A DNA stretch of 64,000 bases from positions 960,001 through 1,024,000 of the forward strand of contig CAVXJS010000021.1 of NCBI GenBank assembly GCA_963762145.1, written 5' to 3'. The translations under genes were made by a program, and so were the position numbers. The DNA comes from an uncultured Candidatus Rokubacteria bacterium (GTDB taxonomy: Bacteria; Methylomirabilota; Methylomirabilia; Rokubacteriales; CSP1-6). Under the pieces are notes generated by a model. It was not told the DNA's origin. It searched no databases and saw only the letters and a list, made by a program, of their open reading frames with translations. Shown here in pieces: positions 40,891-51,978 of this stretch (its first letter is position 1; every line of letters starts with the position of its first letter).

Positions 40891-42309
40891 CTAGCCCCGC
40901 TTGCGCCGGGCGACGCCGGTGCGCACCGCCGCGTCGGCCACCGCGGAGGCCACCGCGGGCACCACGCGCGGATCGAACATCGAGGGCGTGATGTACTCCT
41001 CGCTCAGCTCGGAGTCCGACACGATGTTGGCGAGGGCGTGGGCGGCGGCCAGCTTCATCTCGTCGTTGACCTTGCGCGCCCGCACGTCGAAGAGTCCCTT
41101 GAAGAAGCCGGGGAAGCCGCACGAGTTGTTGATCTGGTTGGGATAGTCCGACCGGCCGGTGGCCATCACCTTGACGTACTTGCCCGCCTCCTCCGGCATG
41201 ATCTCGGGGGTCGGGTTGGCCATCGCGAACACGATCGCGTCGCGATGCATCGCGCCGAGATCGTCCACCTTCACCACGCCGGGGCCGCTCAGGCCGATGA
41301 ACACGTCGGCGCCGACCATCGCGTCGCGCACGGTGCCGCGGATCCCCTCCGCGTTGGTGTGCTCGGCGAACCAGGCCTTCATCGGGTTCATGTTCTCGGT
41401 GCGCCCGCGATAGAGCGCGCCTGCCCGATCGCACGCCACGATGTTGCGCGCGCCTTCCAGCATCATGAGCTTCGCGGTGGCGATCGCGCTCGCGCCCGCC
41501 CCCGTGAACACGATCTTCACGTCGTTGAGCTTCTTGTTCACGATCTTCAGCGCGTTGAGCAGGGCCGCGAGGGTGACCACCGCGGTGCCGTGCTGGTCGT
41601 CGTGGAAGACCGGGATGTCGAGCTCGGCCTGCAGACGCTCCTCGATCTCGAAGCAGCGCGGCGCCGCGATGTCTTCCAGGTTGATGCCGCCGAAGACCGG
41701 CGCGATCGCCTTCACGGTGCGTACGATCTCGTCCACGTTCTTGGTGTCGAGCGCGATCGGAAACGCGTCCACGCCCGCGAACGACTTGAAGATGAGGCAC
41801 TTGCCTTCCATGACCGGCAGCGCCGCCGCGGGCCCGATGTCGCCCAGCCCCAGCACCGCGGAGCCGTCGGTGACGACGGCCACCGTGTGCTGCTTGATCG
41901 TGAGGTTGTAGACCTTCTCCGGATCGTCGTGGATGGCCATGCAGACGCGCGCGACGCCCGGGGTGTAGGCCATCGAGAGATCGTCGCGGGTCTTCACCGC
42001 CACCCGGCCGTTGACCTCGATCTTGCCGCCCAGATGCATGAGGAACGTGCGGTCGGAGACGTTGACCACCGTGACGTCCGGCTCCTGCCGCAGGCGCTCG
42101 ACGACGGCCTGCCCGTGGGCCTCGTCGGAGGCCTTGAAGGTGATGTCCCGGGTCATCTCCTTCTGGCTCGCCTCCACCACGTCCACCGCCCCGATGTCGC
42201 CGCCGGCCTCGCCGATGGCGGAGGTGATCCGGCCGAGCATGCCCGGCTTGTTGGCGAGACGGACGCGGACGGTCAGGCTATTGCTGGCGACGGGCGTATT
42301 GCGACTCAT
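40891..42309 (-). CDS. NAD(P)-dependent malic enzyme with N-terminal ACT domain
   Basis: NKPGMLG ACT; DLSMAYTPGVA, PVMEGK, INLEDI, FHDDQHGTA, FAMANPTPE, TGRSDYPNQINN. Confidence 0.92.
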   Translation of the reverse strand: MSRNTPVASNSLTVRVRLANKPGMLGRITSAIGEAGGDIGAVDVVEASQKEMTRDITFKASDEAHGQAVVERLRQEPDVTVVNVSDRTFLMHLGGKIEVNGRVAVKTRDDLSMAYTPGVARVCMAIHDDPEKVYNLTIKQHTVAVVTDGSAVLGLGDIGPAAALPVMEGKCLIFKSFAGVDAFPIALDTKNVDEIVRTVKAIAPVFGGINLEDIAAPRCFEIEERLQAELDIPVFHDDQHGTAVVTLAALLNALKIVNKKLNDVKIVFTGAGASAIATAKLMMLEGARNIVACDRAGALYRGRTENMNPMKAWFAEHTNAEGIRGTVRDAMVGADVFIGLSGPGVVKVDDLGAMHRDAIVFAMANPTPEIMPEEAGKYVKVMATGRSDYPNQINNSCGFPGFFKGLFDVRARKVNDEMKLAAAHALANIVSDSELSEEYITPSMFDPRVVPAVASAVADAAVRTGVARRKRG

Positions 42310-42397
42310 GGCGGCCTCCTTGCCGGGTTGTCACTGGGGGGCCAAGAATAGTCGAGTCGATGCAAGGAAGGCAAGCCCGGGCTAGACTGGCCGGGTC

Positions 42398-43300
42398 ATG
42401 AAGACCCGGCGCGCGCTCAAGGAGATGTCCCGCCTGGCCGACCGGTACCGTGTGCGGAACGCCGACCGCTTCCGCTTGAAGGACACGGATCCGGCCGACA
42501 CGAGCGGGGTGGCATCCCGGAGCCACGCCGAGAAGCTCCTCGAGAAGAACCTCGAGATCCTGCGCGAGATGCAGGAGAAGCTCTACGCGCAGGATCGCTG
42601 GGCCCTCCTGCTGATCTTCCAGGGCATGGACGCGGCGGGCAAGGACAGCGCGATCAAGCACGTGATGTCGGGCGTCAACCCGCAGGGCTGCGACGTGCAC
42701 TCCTTCAAGCAGCCGAGCCCAAAGGAGCTCGATCACGACTTCCTCTGGCGGACCCATACCGCCTGTCCGGAGCGCGGCCGGATCGGTATCTTCAACCGCT
42801 CGTACTACGAGGAGGTCATCGTGACCCGCGTGCATCGGCAGATCCTCGACGCCGAGCGCCTCCCCGAGCCGCTCGTGACCAAGCACATCTGGGACGAGCG
42901 CTACGAGGACATCAACGCCCACGAGCGATACCTCGCACGCAACGGGACGGTGATCCGGAAGTTCTTCCTGCACCTCTCGAAGGCGGAGCAGCGGCGGCGC
43001 TTCCTGGCGCGCCTCGACGAGCCCGCGAAGAACTGGAAGTTCTCCCTCGGCGACGTGACCGAGCGGGAGTCCTGGCCGGACTACCAGGAGGCCTACGAGG
43101 CCGCGATCCGGGCCACCGCCACCAAGCGGGCCCCGTGGTACGTCGTGCCCGCGGACCACAAGTGGTACACCCGCCTCATCGTGGCCTCTGCCATCGTCGA
43201 CACGTTGGCCGAGCTGGACCTCGCGTTCCCCGAGGCAAACAAAGGAAAACGGAAGGAGCTGGAGAAGGTCCGCGCGGCGCTCCTCGACGAAAAGGCCTGA
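42398..43300 (+). CDS. ppk2: Polyphosphate kinase 2 family (class III-like)
   Basis: QGMDAAGKDS, SGVNPQG, HDFLWR, FNRSYYEEV, KNWKFS, PWYVVPADHKW. Confidence 0.92.
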   Translation: MKTRRALKEMSRLADRYRVRNADRFRLKDTDPADTSGVASRSHAEKLLEKNLEILREMQEKLYAQDRWALLLIFQGMDAAGKDSAIKHVMSGVNPQGCDVHSFKQPSPKELDHDFLWRTHTACPERGRIGIFNRSYYEEVIVTRVHRQILDAERLPEPLVTKHIWDERYEDINAHERYLARNGTVIRKFFLHLSKAEQRRRFLARLDEPAKNWKFSLGDVTERESWPDYQEAYEAAIRATATKRAPWYVVPADHKWYTRLIVASAIVDTLAELDLAFPEANKGKRKELEKVRAALLDEKA

Positions 43301-43312
43301 GCCCGGCCGGGA

Positions 43313-44121
43313 TCAGGCCTTGAGGAACGCCTGCACCGCCCGCGCGGTGGCGTCGGGCTCGCTCCAGATGGGGCGCGTGGCCGGCGCCCGCGCACCACCT
43401 CGAGCCGCGTGTCGGCGATCTTCCCCGCGAACTCCTTCGGCGTAGGCGCGCGGGACAAGCCGGTCGTGCTCGCCCCAGAGCAGCAGGGTGGGCGCGGTGA
43501 TGCGGTGGATGCGCTTCTTGAGCCCCTTGTCCGGGATCGGCCAGATGAACTTGCCGGTCGCCCCCATCGCCCACGTGAGCCGGGTCCGCGCGAGGGCGCC
43601 GCCTCCGCCTCGGCGGGCACCGCGAACATCGCCTTGGCCGCGGGGCCGTCGGGCTCGGTGGAACACGTACGCCGGCATCTCGGCCGGGCCCTGGAGCATC
43701 CAGTTGATCACCGGCGCGTCGTCCCGCCAGAGCCCGATCGGGATCCATGAGGACCAGCCGCTTCACCCGCGCGGGCTGGAGGGCGGCCACCTCGCACGCC
43801 ACCATGGCCCCGAAGGAGTGCCCGGCGAGCACGACCTCGCGCAGCCGGAGCTGCTCGAGCAGCTCGTCGTAGCAGAGCACCAGATCCCACAGGGAGTCCA
43901 CGTGCTGGATCGCGTCCGGGTCGCCCGGGCGTCGTGCCCGGGTGCTCCGGCGCGTAGACCGTGAACTGCCGGGCGAGCGCGTCGAGGAACGGGCCCCACT
44001 GAGCCCCCACGGCCCGTGGAAGAAGACCAGCGCGCGGCCCCGCGCCCGCTGACGTGGACGCGGAAGGGCACGCGCCCGTTCCAGACCGGTGACGGTGCGG
44101 TCGCCTGCGCGCCTCGATCAT
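43313..44121 (-). CDS. Alpha/beta hydrolase; multiple frameshifts
   Basis: VYAPEHPG, GHSFGAMVA, PTLLLWGEHDRLVP fragments. Confidence 0.78.
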
Positions 44122-44132
44122 CGGCGCCGCGC

Positions 44133-45370
44133 TCAGGCGCGGCTGGCGGCCGTGGCCTCGCGCAGGCTCTTCGGCCACCAGTGGTTCTCCCAGCCCTTGT
44201 CGTCCCAGATCTCGCGCAGCCCGGGCAGCACCTCGCGCGCGAAGAGGTCGATGTTCTTGAGCGTCAGCTCGTGCGGCATCGAGCCGATCTGCACCAGCAC
44301 CATCAGGTTGCCCACGTGCAGGCGCTTGATGACCTCCTCGATCAGCCGCTCGCTTGCACGGTGGCCGGGCTGCCCGCGATCACGTAGCCCTTGTCCACGA
44401 AGTCCTTGTAGCGGAGCGTCTTGGGATCCTCGGCCCGGCGCACCGGGTTGCGGTTGGCCGCGAGCAGGCTCCGGTAGTCCTGGTTGCCCGGCGGCGCGAA
44501 CCACTGCGGCGGCACGTGCAGGCACTTGTGATAGAAGTACTCGACGTGCTTGGCGTAGTCGGCCTCGGCCTGCGCGTCGGTCTCGGACACCGCGACGAGC
44601 TGCAGGAAGCCCGCGCGATACGGATTGCGCTCGAGCCCTTTCTTCTCCACCACGTCCCAGTAGCCGTCCATCATCGTGCGTGGCCGCGCGGGCGCCCGCG
44701 TAGGAGAGGAAGCAGTAGCAGACGTTGTGCTCGGTGGCGAAGTCGAAGGTGCTGATGCTGCCCGAGCCCGGCACCCACACCGGCGGGTGCGGGCTCCTGC
44801 ACCGGCCGCGGCCAGAGGTTGACCTGGCCGAGCTGGAAGTACTTCCCGTTCCACGCGAAGATCTCCTTCGCCTGCCACGCCTTCAGCACGAGCTCGAACG
44901 CCTCGCGGTAGCGCTCGCGGTGCTCCATCGGGGTGATGCCGTAGGCGAGGTTGACGTCCATCGGGCTGCCGAGCGGCAGGCCGGCGACGAGCCGGCCGCC
45001 GCTGATGCAGTCGAGCATGCCGTACTCCTCGGCCACGCGGATCGGCGGCGAGGTGGTCGGCAGCGTCATGCCCATCTGCACGATGGCCACGTCGAGGCCG
45101 TTGGTCTGCTTGGCCAGCACGCTGCCCATGAGGTTCGGGCTCGGCATGAACCCGTAGGCGTTCTGGTGGTGCTCGTTGGTGCACACGCCGTCGAAGCCGG
45201 CCCGGGCCGCGTAGAGCAGCTCGTCGAGCGTCCAGTTGTAGTACTGGCCCACGCGCCGGGCATCGGCCAGCTCCCACCAGGGCGGGGTCACCCAGACGCT
45301 GTCGTAGCGGCGCTCGAAGTCCGTGGGGCAGCTCGCGGTGCGGCATCAGGTGGAACGCGCTGACTTTCAT
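44133..45370 (-). CDS. LLM class flavin-dependent oxidoreductase; frameshifts
   Basis: GFDGVCTNEHHQNAYGFMPSPN, PIRVAEEYGMLDCISGGRL, NIDLFAREVLP. Confidence 0.85.
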
Positions 45371-45478
45371 GGCCGGGCACTCTCCCTTCCAGCTGGATGG
45401 GGGAAGCATAAGCGACCCGGCGGGGCGGCTCAAGTTTGCGAGCGAAGCGGCTCCGGTCGGCTAGACTCAACCCCAAAC

Positions 45479-47815
45479 GTGGAGAAACCGGCTCCCCCGC
45501 CCACACTGCCCGAGGTCGTGTCCGCGCTGGTGACGGCGTGGCGGAATCTGGCCGCCTATCCGCCCGGCCACCCCGCCCGCGCGTCCGCGCTCGCCACCGC
45601 GCATGCGCGCGTGCGCGCGTCCCTGGCCGCCTCGAGCCCCCTGCTCCTGGGGATCGGGCGCGACGGGCTCGTCAGCGCGGGCAAGAAGCTCGAGACCCCG
45701 CAGGTGCGGGCCTTCGCCCGGGCCCTCTACCGGCGCAACGGCGGCCTGCTGCGGATCGAGGAAGACGTGGAGGCCGTCGAGCTGGAGCGCTTCCTGGCCA
45801 TGCTGGGCGACACGGGGCCCGCCCGCAACGAGCCCCTCACCGGCGACGAGCTGCCGGCCGCCGGTATCACCCATATCTCCGTCTCGGCCATCGACTACAG
45901 CGCGCTCGTCACGACCACGGACGTCGCCCCGGCCACGCCGGAGGAGCAGCTCGCTCTTCGACGGCCTGCTGGAGTCGCTGCTGGCCGCGGAGCCCATCGG
46001 GTCGGGGGGCGACCGCTCGGGGCCGCGCGAGAGCTCCTCGGCGGAGTCCATCGCCTCCCTGTTCCGTGGAGGGCCCGGCACGGGTGGAACCGGGGCCGGC
46101 GGCCCGGGCGGAGGGGGACCCGGCGGTGGAAGCGGCGGCTCCGGGGGTGGCGGCGCCAGCGGGGGCGGCTGGGGGGCCGGCGGCCACGGTCGAGGCAGCG
46201 GCCGGGGCGGCAGCGGATTCGCCGCGGCCGGCGGACAGGCCGCGGGCGGCCGCCTCGGCATGGCCGCCGCGTACACCCTCGCCGGCCTGGTGGGCAATCG
46301 GCTGGAGAGCGCGGACAGCGACGAACGGGAGAAGCTGGCGCCGCAGATCATCCAGCTGCTCCGCGCGCTCCCCGGCGCGGTCCGTGAGCCGGTGCTGGCC
46401 GCCGCGCTCCGCACCCTCGCCCGCGAGGAGGGCGCGAGCGCGCACCTGGCCAGGCTGGCCGCCGCGCTCCCGGCCGCCGACGTGCTCCGCGGTCTCCGTC
46501 GCCTGGCCCGCGAGCAGGGGCAGCTCTCGAGCCACGCGCTCCAGATGGCCCAGGCGCTGGCCGAGGCGCACGAGGAGATGGACCCGGCGGCCGGGGCGCT
46601 GCCCGAGCCGCCCGCGGACTTCGCGGAGATGGCGGCCCTGTTCCGCGAGGAGGACGTGGACCGCTACAACCCCGAGGACCATCGCGCGCTGCTGGCCCAG
46701 AAGCCGACGGTGGACCTGGACGCGATCGCGGTCGAGGTGGCCGCGGACCCCGACGCCTTCGGTCCCGACACCGAGAGCGACGACGCCATCGAGCGGCGCG
46801 TCGTCACGACGCTGCTCGACATGACCGCGAGCTGTCCCGACATCGTGCGGCCGCTCGTCCTGGGCCGCCTGCGCGAGATCTTCGTCCGCGCGCTCCAGCA
46901 GAATCGCTTCGCCCAGGCCGTCGGCATCATCCGCGCGGTGCGCGACCTGATCGCGGACCCGAGCCAGGCGGAGCGGCGCGAGGCGCTCGACGAGTTCCTG
47001 GCCAATATCGCCGACGCGCCGACCCTGGCCGCCCTCGTGGCCGCCAGCCGGCAGCCGGGCGGGCCGCCCTTCGTGCAGGTGCAGACGCTGATCCTCGCCC
47101 TCGGGCGCCTCGGCCTCGCGCGGGCTGCTGGAGGCGCTGGCCGCCGAGCAGGATCGCGGGCGCCGGCTGCGCCTGATCGAGCTCGCGGCCTCGCTGGGCG
47201 CGGCCATCGTCCCGGAGACGCGGCGTCTGCTCGCGGATCCGCGCTGGTACGTGGTGCGCAACATGGTGCTGCTGCTCCGGCGGGTGCAGGATCGCTCGGC
47301 CATGGGCGAGATCCTGCGCTGCGCCGATCACGCGGACCTCCGGGTGCGGCTCGAGGCCATCCGGGCGCTCTTCGCCTTCGACACCAAGGTGCCGCGCGAT
47401 CTGCTCGCGCGCACCATCAACCATCCCGGACCCGAGGCTGGCGGAGGCGGCGGTCCTGCTCTCCGGCCAGCACCGCATCACGCAGGCGACCGACCTGCTC
47501 GTGGAGATCCTGCTCCGCTGGGATTTCTTCGGGCGGCGCCGCTCGATGCGGCTCAAGGCACTGCGCGCCCTCGCCGACCTCGGGGACGCGGCGGTGCTGC
47601 CGAGGCTCGGCCGCTTCTTCCGCGAGTGGCCGTTCCCGCTCGTCTCGATCGATGAGCGGCGGTCCGCCTACCGGTACCTGAGCTCCTACGACGCGGCCGC
47701 CCGCTCGCCATGGGTGGCGCGGGGCGAGAAGTCCCGGGACCCGGTGATTCGCGACATCTGCCGGGGGCTCGCCAAGGCGGGCTCCCCGACCCGGACCGAG
47801 AGCGATGCGGAATGA
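45479..47815 (+). CDS. Large HEAT-repeat protein with Gly-rich insert; frameshifts
   Basis: N-terminal AYPPGHP; C-terminal LADPRWYVVRNMVLLL, DLRVRLEAIRAL, RLKALRALADLGD HEAT-like repeats. Confidence 0.75.
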
Positions 47816-49005
47816 GTGAGCCGGCGATCCCGGGTGCGCTCTCCGCGGTGGATCGCCTGGTGGTCAGTCTGGTCGCCGGCATCAACATGCGCGCGCTCTA
47901 CGGCGCCGAGCACCCCGCGCTCGCCAGCCACGTGGAGCGCATCCTGGAGGCGGTCACCACGGCGTGCGAGGAACGGCAGCGGGACGATCTCACGTTCCTC
48001 GTGGTCGGCCAGGACCTCGTGGTGGAGACGCAGCCGCTCCGGACGGGCAGCCTGTACCACCAGCAGTTCATCCGCGCCCTCACCCGGCGAGGCGTGGAGC
48101 GCCTGACCGTGGCCCGCGGCCTCGACACCGAGGAGTGCGTGCGCTTCCTGACCCCGATGGCGCTCGGCGGCGTTCCGATCTCCACCCGCTACATCACGGT
48201 GGGCCGCGTCGAGCTGCAGGCGGCCCCCACGATCGAGGAGGGACCCGGCCCCGGCACCGGCGCGGGCGGAGGCGCGGGCGCGGGCCCCGGCGGAGACTCG
48301 GCGATCGAGTCCCTGACCGGGCAGAGCGTGGACGGCGCGCGCGACGCCTTCACCGAGTTCCGCACCGACCGCCGTGGCGGCCTCGTGCGCCTGGAGCAGG
48401 TCGTGTGGAGCCTCGTGGACGCGCTGCAGCGGGCCACGCGGGAGATCCTGCCCCTCGCCCCGCTCAAGACGCACGATGACTACACCTTCGTCCACTCCGT
48501 GAACGTCTCGCTGCTCACCCTGGCCCAGGCGCGCTCGTTCGGCATCGAGGGGGCCCGGCTGCACGCCATCGGGCTCGCCGCCTTCCTGCACGACATCGGC
48601 AAGCTCAGGATCCCGCTCGACGTGCTGAACAAGCCGGGCAAGCTCGAGGGCGAGGAGTGGCGGATCATGATGGGCCACGCGCAGGAGGGAGCGACGCACC
48701 TCTGCGGCGTCGAGGGCACCCACCCCCTCGCGATCCTGGTGGCCTACGAGCACCACATGCGCTACGACGGGCAGCCGAACTACCCGGTGCCGCGCATCGG
48801 CCGGCGGCCCACCCTGGCCAGCCAGATGACCTCGATCTCCGACGTCTACGACGCGATCTGCACCACGCGGCCCTACGCGAAGGCCCGCTCGCGCGAGTTC
48901 GCGGTGAAGGTGCTCACCGAGCGCGTGGGCACCTTCCACAGCCCCGGGCTGGTGGCGAACTTCGTCCGCATGGTCGGCGTCGAGGGCACGCCGACCTCGT
49001 CCTAG
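47812..49005 (+). CDS. HD-GYP domain phosphodiesterase
   Basis: YTFVHSVNV, LHDIGK, LNKPGKL, EHHMRYDGQPNYP, DVYDAI..RPY. Confidence 0.88.
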   Translation: MSEPAIPGALSAVDRLVVSLVAGINMRALYGAEHPALASHVERILEAVTTACEERQRDDLTFLVVGQDLVVETQPLRTGSLYHQQFIRALTRRGVERLTVARGLDTEECVRFLTPMALGGVPISTRYITVGRVELQAAPTIEEGPGPGTGAGGGAGAGPGGDSAIESLTGQSVDGARDAFTEFRTDRRGGLVRLEQVVWSLVDALQRATREILPLAPLKTHDDYTFVHSVNVSLLTLAQARSFGIEGARLHAIGLAAFLHDIGKLRIPLDVLNKPGKLEGEEWRIMMGHAQEGATHLCGVEGTHPLAILVAYEHHMRYDGQPNYPVPRIGRRPTLASQMTSISDVYDAICTTRPYAKARSREFAVKVLTERVGTFHSPGLVANFVRMVGVEGTPTSS

Positions 49006-49205
49006 GGTCGGCGGTCGTCGGCCTGGGCCGCCCGGTGGGCTCGCGCCTGAGCCAGGTCGGTCGGATCGAGATAGCGGAGCGGCTCCGCGTCGAACCGGCG
49101 CTTGCACTCCTTGGAGCAGAAGTAGAACGCCTGGCCTTCGTACTCGGACTGCGCCACGGCCGAGGCCGGGTTGACCTCCATCTTGCATACTGGATCGAGT
49201 CCCAT
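49002..49205 (-). CDS. YHS domain protein
   Basis: DPVCKMEV..YEGQAFYFCSKECKRRFDAEPLRY. Confidence 0.85.
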   Translation of the reverse strand: MGLDPVCKMEVNPASAVAQSEYEGQAFYFCSKECKRRFDAEPLRYLDPTDLAQARAHRAAQADDRRP

Positions 49206-49337
49206 GACCGTCCTCCTTGCGACTGCCAGGGGCAAGACCGATGCCACGACGAAGGGCGAGTAATATGAACGGGCTGGCCGCGCGGCGGGCGGCGCCGCAT
49301 CGATCACCGGAAGGAACTACCCGGTAGGAGCAACCTG

Positions 49338-49943
49338 ATGCCGACGGCGGGCAAGCACTTCTCGATGATCCGCAACTTTCACCTGGCGGATTTCTTCACC
49401 ATCGCCAACGGCTTCTGCGGCGTCGCCGCCCTGTTCCAGGCCATGTGGTTCCTCGCCCGAGGCGACCGCTGGCGCCTGGACGTGGCGGCCGCGCTCGTCC
49501 TCCTGGCCCTCGTCCTCGACGTGCTCGACGGGCGCATCGCCCGCTGGCGGCACCACGCCTCGCCCATGGGGCGCGAGCTGGATTCCCTCGCCGACGTGAT
49601 CTCGTTCGGGGTGGCGCCGGCGGGCATCGCGTTCGCGGCCGGCCTGCGGAGCACGCTCGACCAGATCATCCTCATGTACTTCGTCGGCTGCGGCCTGAGC
49701 CGGCTCGCCCGCTTCAACATCACCGCGGAGACGCTCGCCACCGACACCGGCAAGGTGCGCTACTTCGAGGGCACGCCGATCCCGACCAGCATCATCCCGC
49801 TCGGCCTGCTCCTGCTCGCCTTCCACCGGCAGAGCCTGTTCCCGGTGGTGGTGGGCGGGTTCGAGCTGCATCTCGTGAGCCTGCTCTTCCTGCTGTCCGG
49901 CAGCCTGATGATCAGCAAGACCCTCAAGGTGCCCAAGCCCTAG
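49338..49943 (+). CDS. CDP-alcohol phosphatidyltransferase (PssA-like)
   Basis: DVLDGRIAR..GRELDSLADVISFGVAP, RLARFN, FEGTPIP. Confidence 0.88.
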   Translation: MPTAGKHFSMIRNFHLADFFTIANGFCGVAALFQAMWFLARGDRWRLDVAAALVLLALVLDVLDGRIARWRHHASPMGRELDSLADVISFGVAPAGIAFAAGLRSTLDQIILMYFVGCGLSRLARFNITAETLATDTGKVRYFEGTPIPTSIIPLGLLLLAFHRQSLFPVVVGGFELHLVSLLFLLSGSLMISKTLKVPKP

Positions 49944-49947
49944 CGCC

Positions 49948-50679
49948 ATGAGTGTCCGCGCGCGCATCGGGGTGCTGGTTCCGCCCGGGAACCCGACCGT
50001 GGAGCCCGAGCTCTACCGGATGGCGCCGTCCGGCGTCAGCGTGCACTTCGCCCGGCTGCAGGGTCCCCCGTCGGACGGCCGGCCCGGCGGCGCCGGCGGC
50101 ATGGAGGAGCGCACGCGCGCGTATCGCGAAGGGCTGGACGGCCCGGCGCAGGCGCTCGGCGAGGTGCGTCCGGCGATCGTCCTGCTGGCCCACACCGCCT
50201 CGAGCTACGCGCTCGGCTGGGGACACGAGCAGCCGCTCGTGGAGCGCCTCGCCTCGCTCTGCCGCGCCCCCGCGCTCCTGGCCGCGCAGGCGGTGCGGGC
50301 CGCGCTCCACCACCTCGGCGTGACGCGGCTCGCGCTGGGCACCCCGTACCCGGAATCGATCAGCCGGCAGGGGCGCGCGTACTGGGAGGCGGCGGGCTTC
50401 CAGCTCGTGGGCTATCACCGCCTCGCGGGCGTGGTCGACATCTACGAGGAGTCGGAAGCGCGCGCGGCCGAGCTCGCGCGTCTGGCCGATACCCCCGACG
50501 CGCAGGCGGTGCTGATCAGCGGAACGGGGCTGCCGACCGTGGGCGTGCTCGAGGATCTCGAGCGTGAGCTGGGCAAGCCGGTGATCAGCAGCAACCAGGC
50601 GTGTCTCTGGCGGGCGCTGCGACTGGCGGGCGTGAGCGATCCGGTGGCCGGATTCGGGCGGCTGCTGCGCGAGGGCTGA
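49948..50679 (+). CDS. Maleate isomerase/arylmalonate decarboxylase-like protein lacking catalytic Cys
   Basis: RIGVLVPPGNPTVEPE, TPY, SSNQA; AHTASS and SGTG at the usual CT positions. Confidence 0.8.
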   Translation: MSVRARIGVLVPPGNPTVEPELYRMAPSGVSVHFARLQGPPSDGRPGGAGGMEERTRAYREGLDGPAQALGEVRPAIVLLAHTASSYALGWGHEQPLVERLASLCRAPALLAAQAVRAALHHLGVTRLALGTPYPESISRQGRAYWEAAGFQLVGYHRLAGVVDIYEESEARAAELARLADTPDAQAVLISGTGLPTVGVLEDLERELGKPVISSNQACLWRALRLAGVSDPVAGFGRLLREG

Positions 50680-51549
50680 TCAGAGACGGAGGCGCCGCAG
50701 CACGCCGAGCACGCCCCGCTCGCCGCCGTGCTGCGCGGCCAGGGCCTGCACGCCGGCCGCCAGCGCGGGACCGAGATCGGGATCCTGCGGGTTGAAGGCC
50801 CCGTCGTGGAGGGCGTCGAGCCCTTCCGGGGTCAGCGGGATGCCGTGGGCGCGCGCGTAGATGAGGATGGCGAGCCGCGCGGTCTCGTTGTCGCGCGCGA
50901 TGATCTGCTGCACCGTCTCCGCCACCGCGGCAGCCGCCGCGTTCCCGTACAGCCATCGGAGCGTATTGGTCAGCGGGCTCGTCGGCCGGTCGAGCTGGCC
51001 GTCGAGGAGATCGACCGCGAGCTGGCCGATGTGGCCGAACCCGTCGGCCCCATCTCGCACCAGCGCCTCCCCGAGCTCGTCGATCCGGCTCGGGGTCCTC
51101 GGAACGTCGCGGATCAGAGCCCGCGGGAGCGCATGCGTGAGCTGCACGACCGCGCTGGTGGTGCCGGCCGCGTCGCTGAAGAATGCTCCGCTGCGGAGCA
51201 GGTCGAGGACCTTCGCCGCCTCCTCCGGCGTGACGGGCAGGCCCGGGCGCGCGATGCCGCCGCCCACCTGGATCGCGCGCGCGAGCACCTCCCGCTGCCC
51301 CGCTTCGCCGGGTGGCTTGCGGGCGACGAAGAGCTGCTGCAGGCCGTGGCGGAGCTGCTCGCCATCGGTGCCGCCCACCCGGCCGGCGACCTCATCGAGC
51401 AGGTCCGGCGGAGGCGCCGGAGACGGCGCCAGCCCGACTCCGAGGACCGCGACCGCGGCGGGAAAGTCGAGCGCGCGGAGCTGATCGACCAGCCGCTCTC
51501 CCTGGATCCGGTCGACCGCGGCGTTCCAGAGGCCGTCAAACCCCTTCAT
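50680..51549 (-). CDS. Hypothetical protein
   Basis: 289-aa ORF filling the gap between recognised genes; natural composition; no motif recognised. Confidence 0.6.
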   Translation of the reverse strand: MKGFDGLWNAAVDRIQGERLVDQLRALDFPAAVAVLGVGLAPSPAPPPDLLDEVAGRVGGTDGEQLRHGLQQLFVARKPPGEAGQREVLARAIQVGGGIARPGLPVTPEEAAKVLDLLRSGAFFSDAAGTTSAVVQLTHALPRALIRDVPRTPSRIDELGEALVRDGADGFGHIGQLAVDLLDGQLDRPTSPLTNTLRWLYGNAAAAAVAETVQQIIARDNETARLAILIYARAHGIPLTPEGLDALHDGAFNPQDPDLGPALAAGVQALAAQHGGERGVLGVLRRLRL

Positions 51550-51600
51550 CGCCCCCGAGGATGACGGGAGCCCGTCGCAACCGTCAAACGATTTATGCCC

Positions 51601-51978
51601 TTACTGGGTGCCGGGCGGCCGCTCCTCGATCGCGTCCACCCGCTCCGGATAGAAGGCCAGGTAGCCCGCGATGGGCGCCACGTCCTCGTACGGCGCCTCG
51701 TAGCTCCACACCGCGTTCTCCACGGTGCGCGGACCGCTCCGGATGCTCCAGTAGGACGCGTCGCCCTTGTAGGGGCAGTGGGTGACGAGCTCGGTGCGGA
51801 CCAGGCGCGTCATGTCCACGTCCTCTCTTGGAATGTACGATTGATCGGCCGCCCCCGGCGCGCGCATGACGAGCGCCCGCGTCGTGTCGGCGACGATCGC
51901 TCCGCCCATCCGGACGATCACGCGGTTCGGATTGGGCGCGACGGTGATGCCCGCGTCCGCGGCCGGTCGGCGCGCCAT
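51601..51978 (-). CDS. DUF427 protein
   Basis: THCPYKGDASYW..NAVWSYEAP..IAGYLAFY. Confidence 0.88.
   Translation of the reverse strand: MARRPAADAGITVAPNPNRVIVRMGGAIVADTTRALVMRAPGAADQSYIPREDVDMTRLVRTELVTHCPYKGDASYWSIRSGPRTVENAVWSYEAPYEDVAPIAGYLAFYPERVDAIEERPPGTQ

Noticed and set aside
46065-46255. G-rich tract as a G-quadruplex or repeat element
   Set aside because: It is explained by a poly-Gly coding linker in the HEAT protein.
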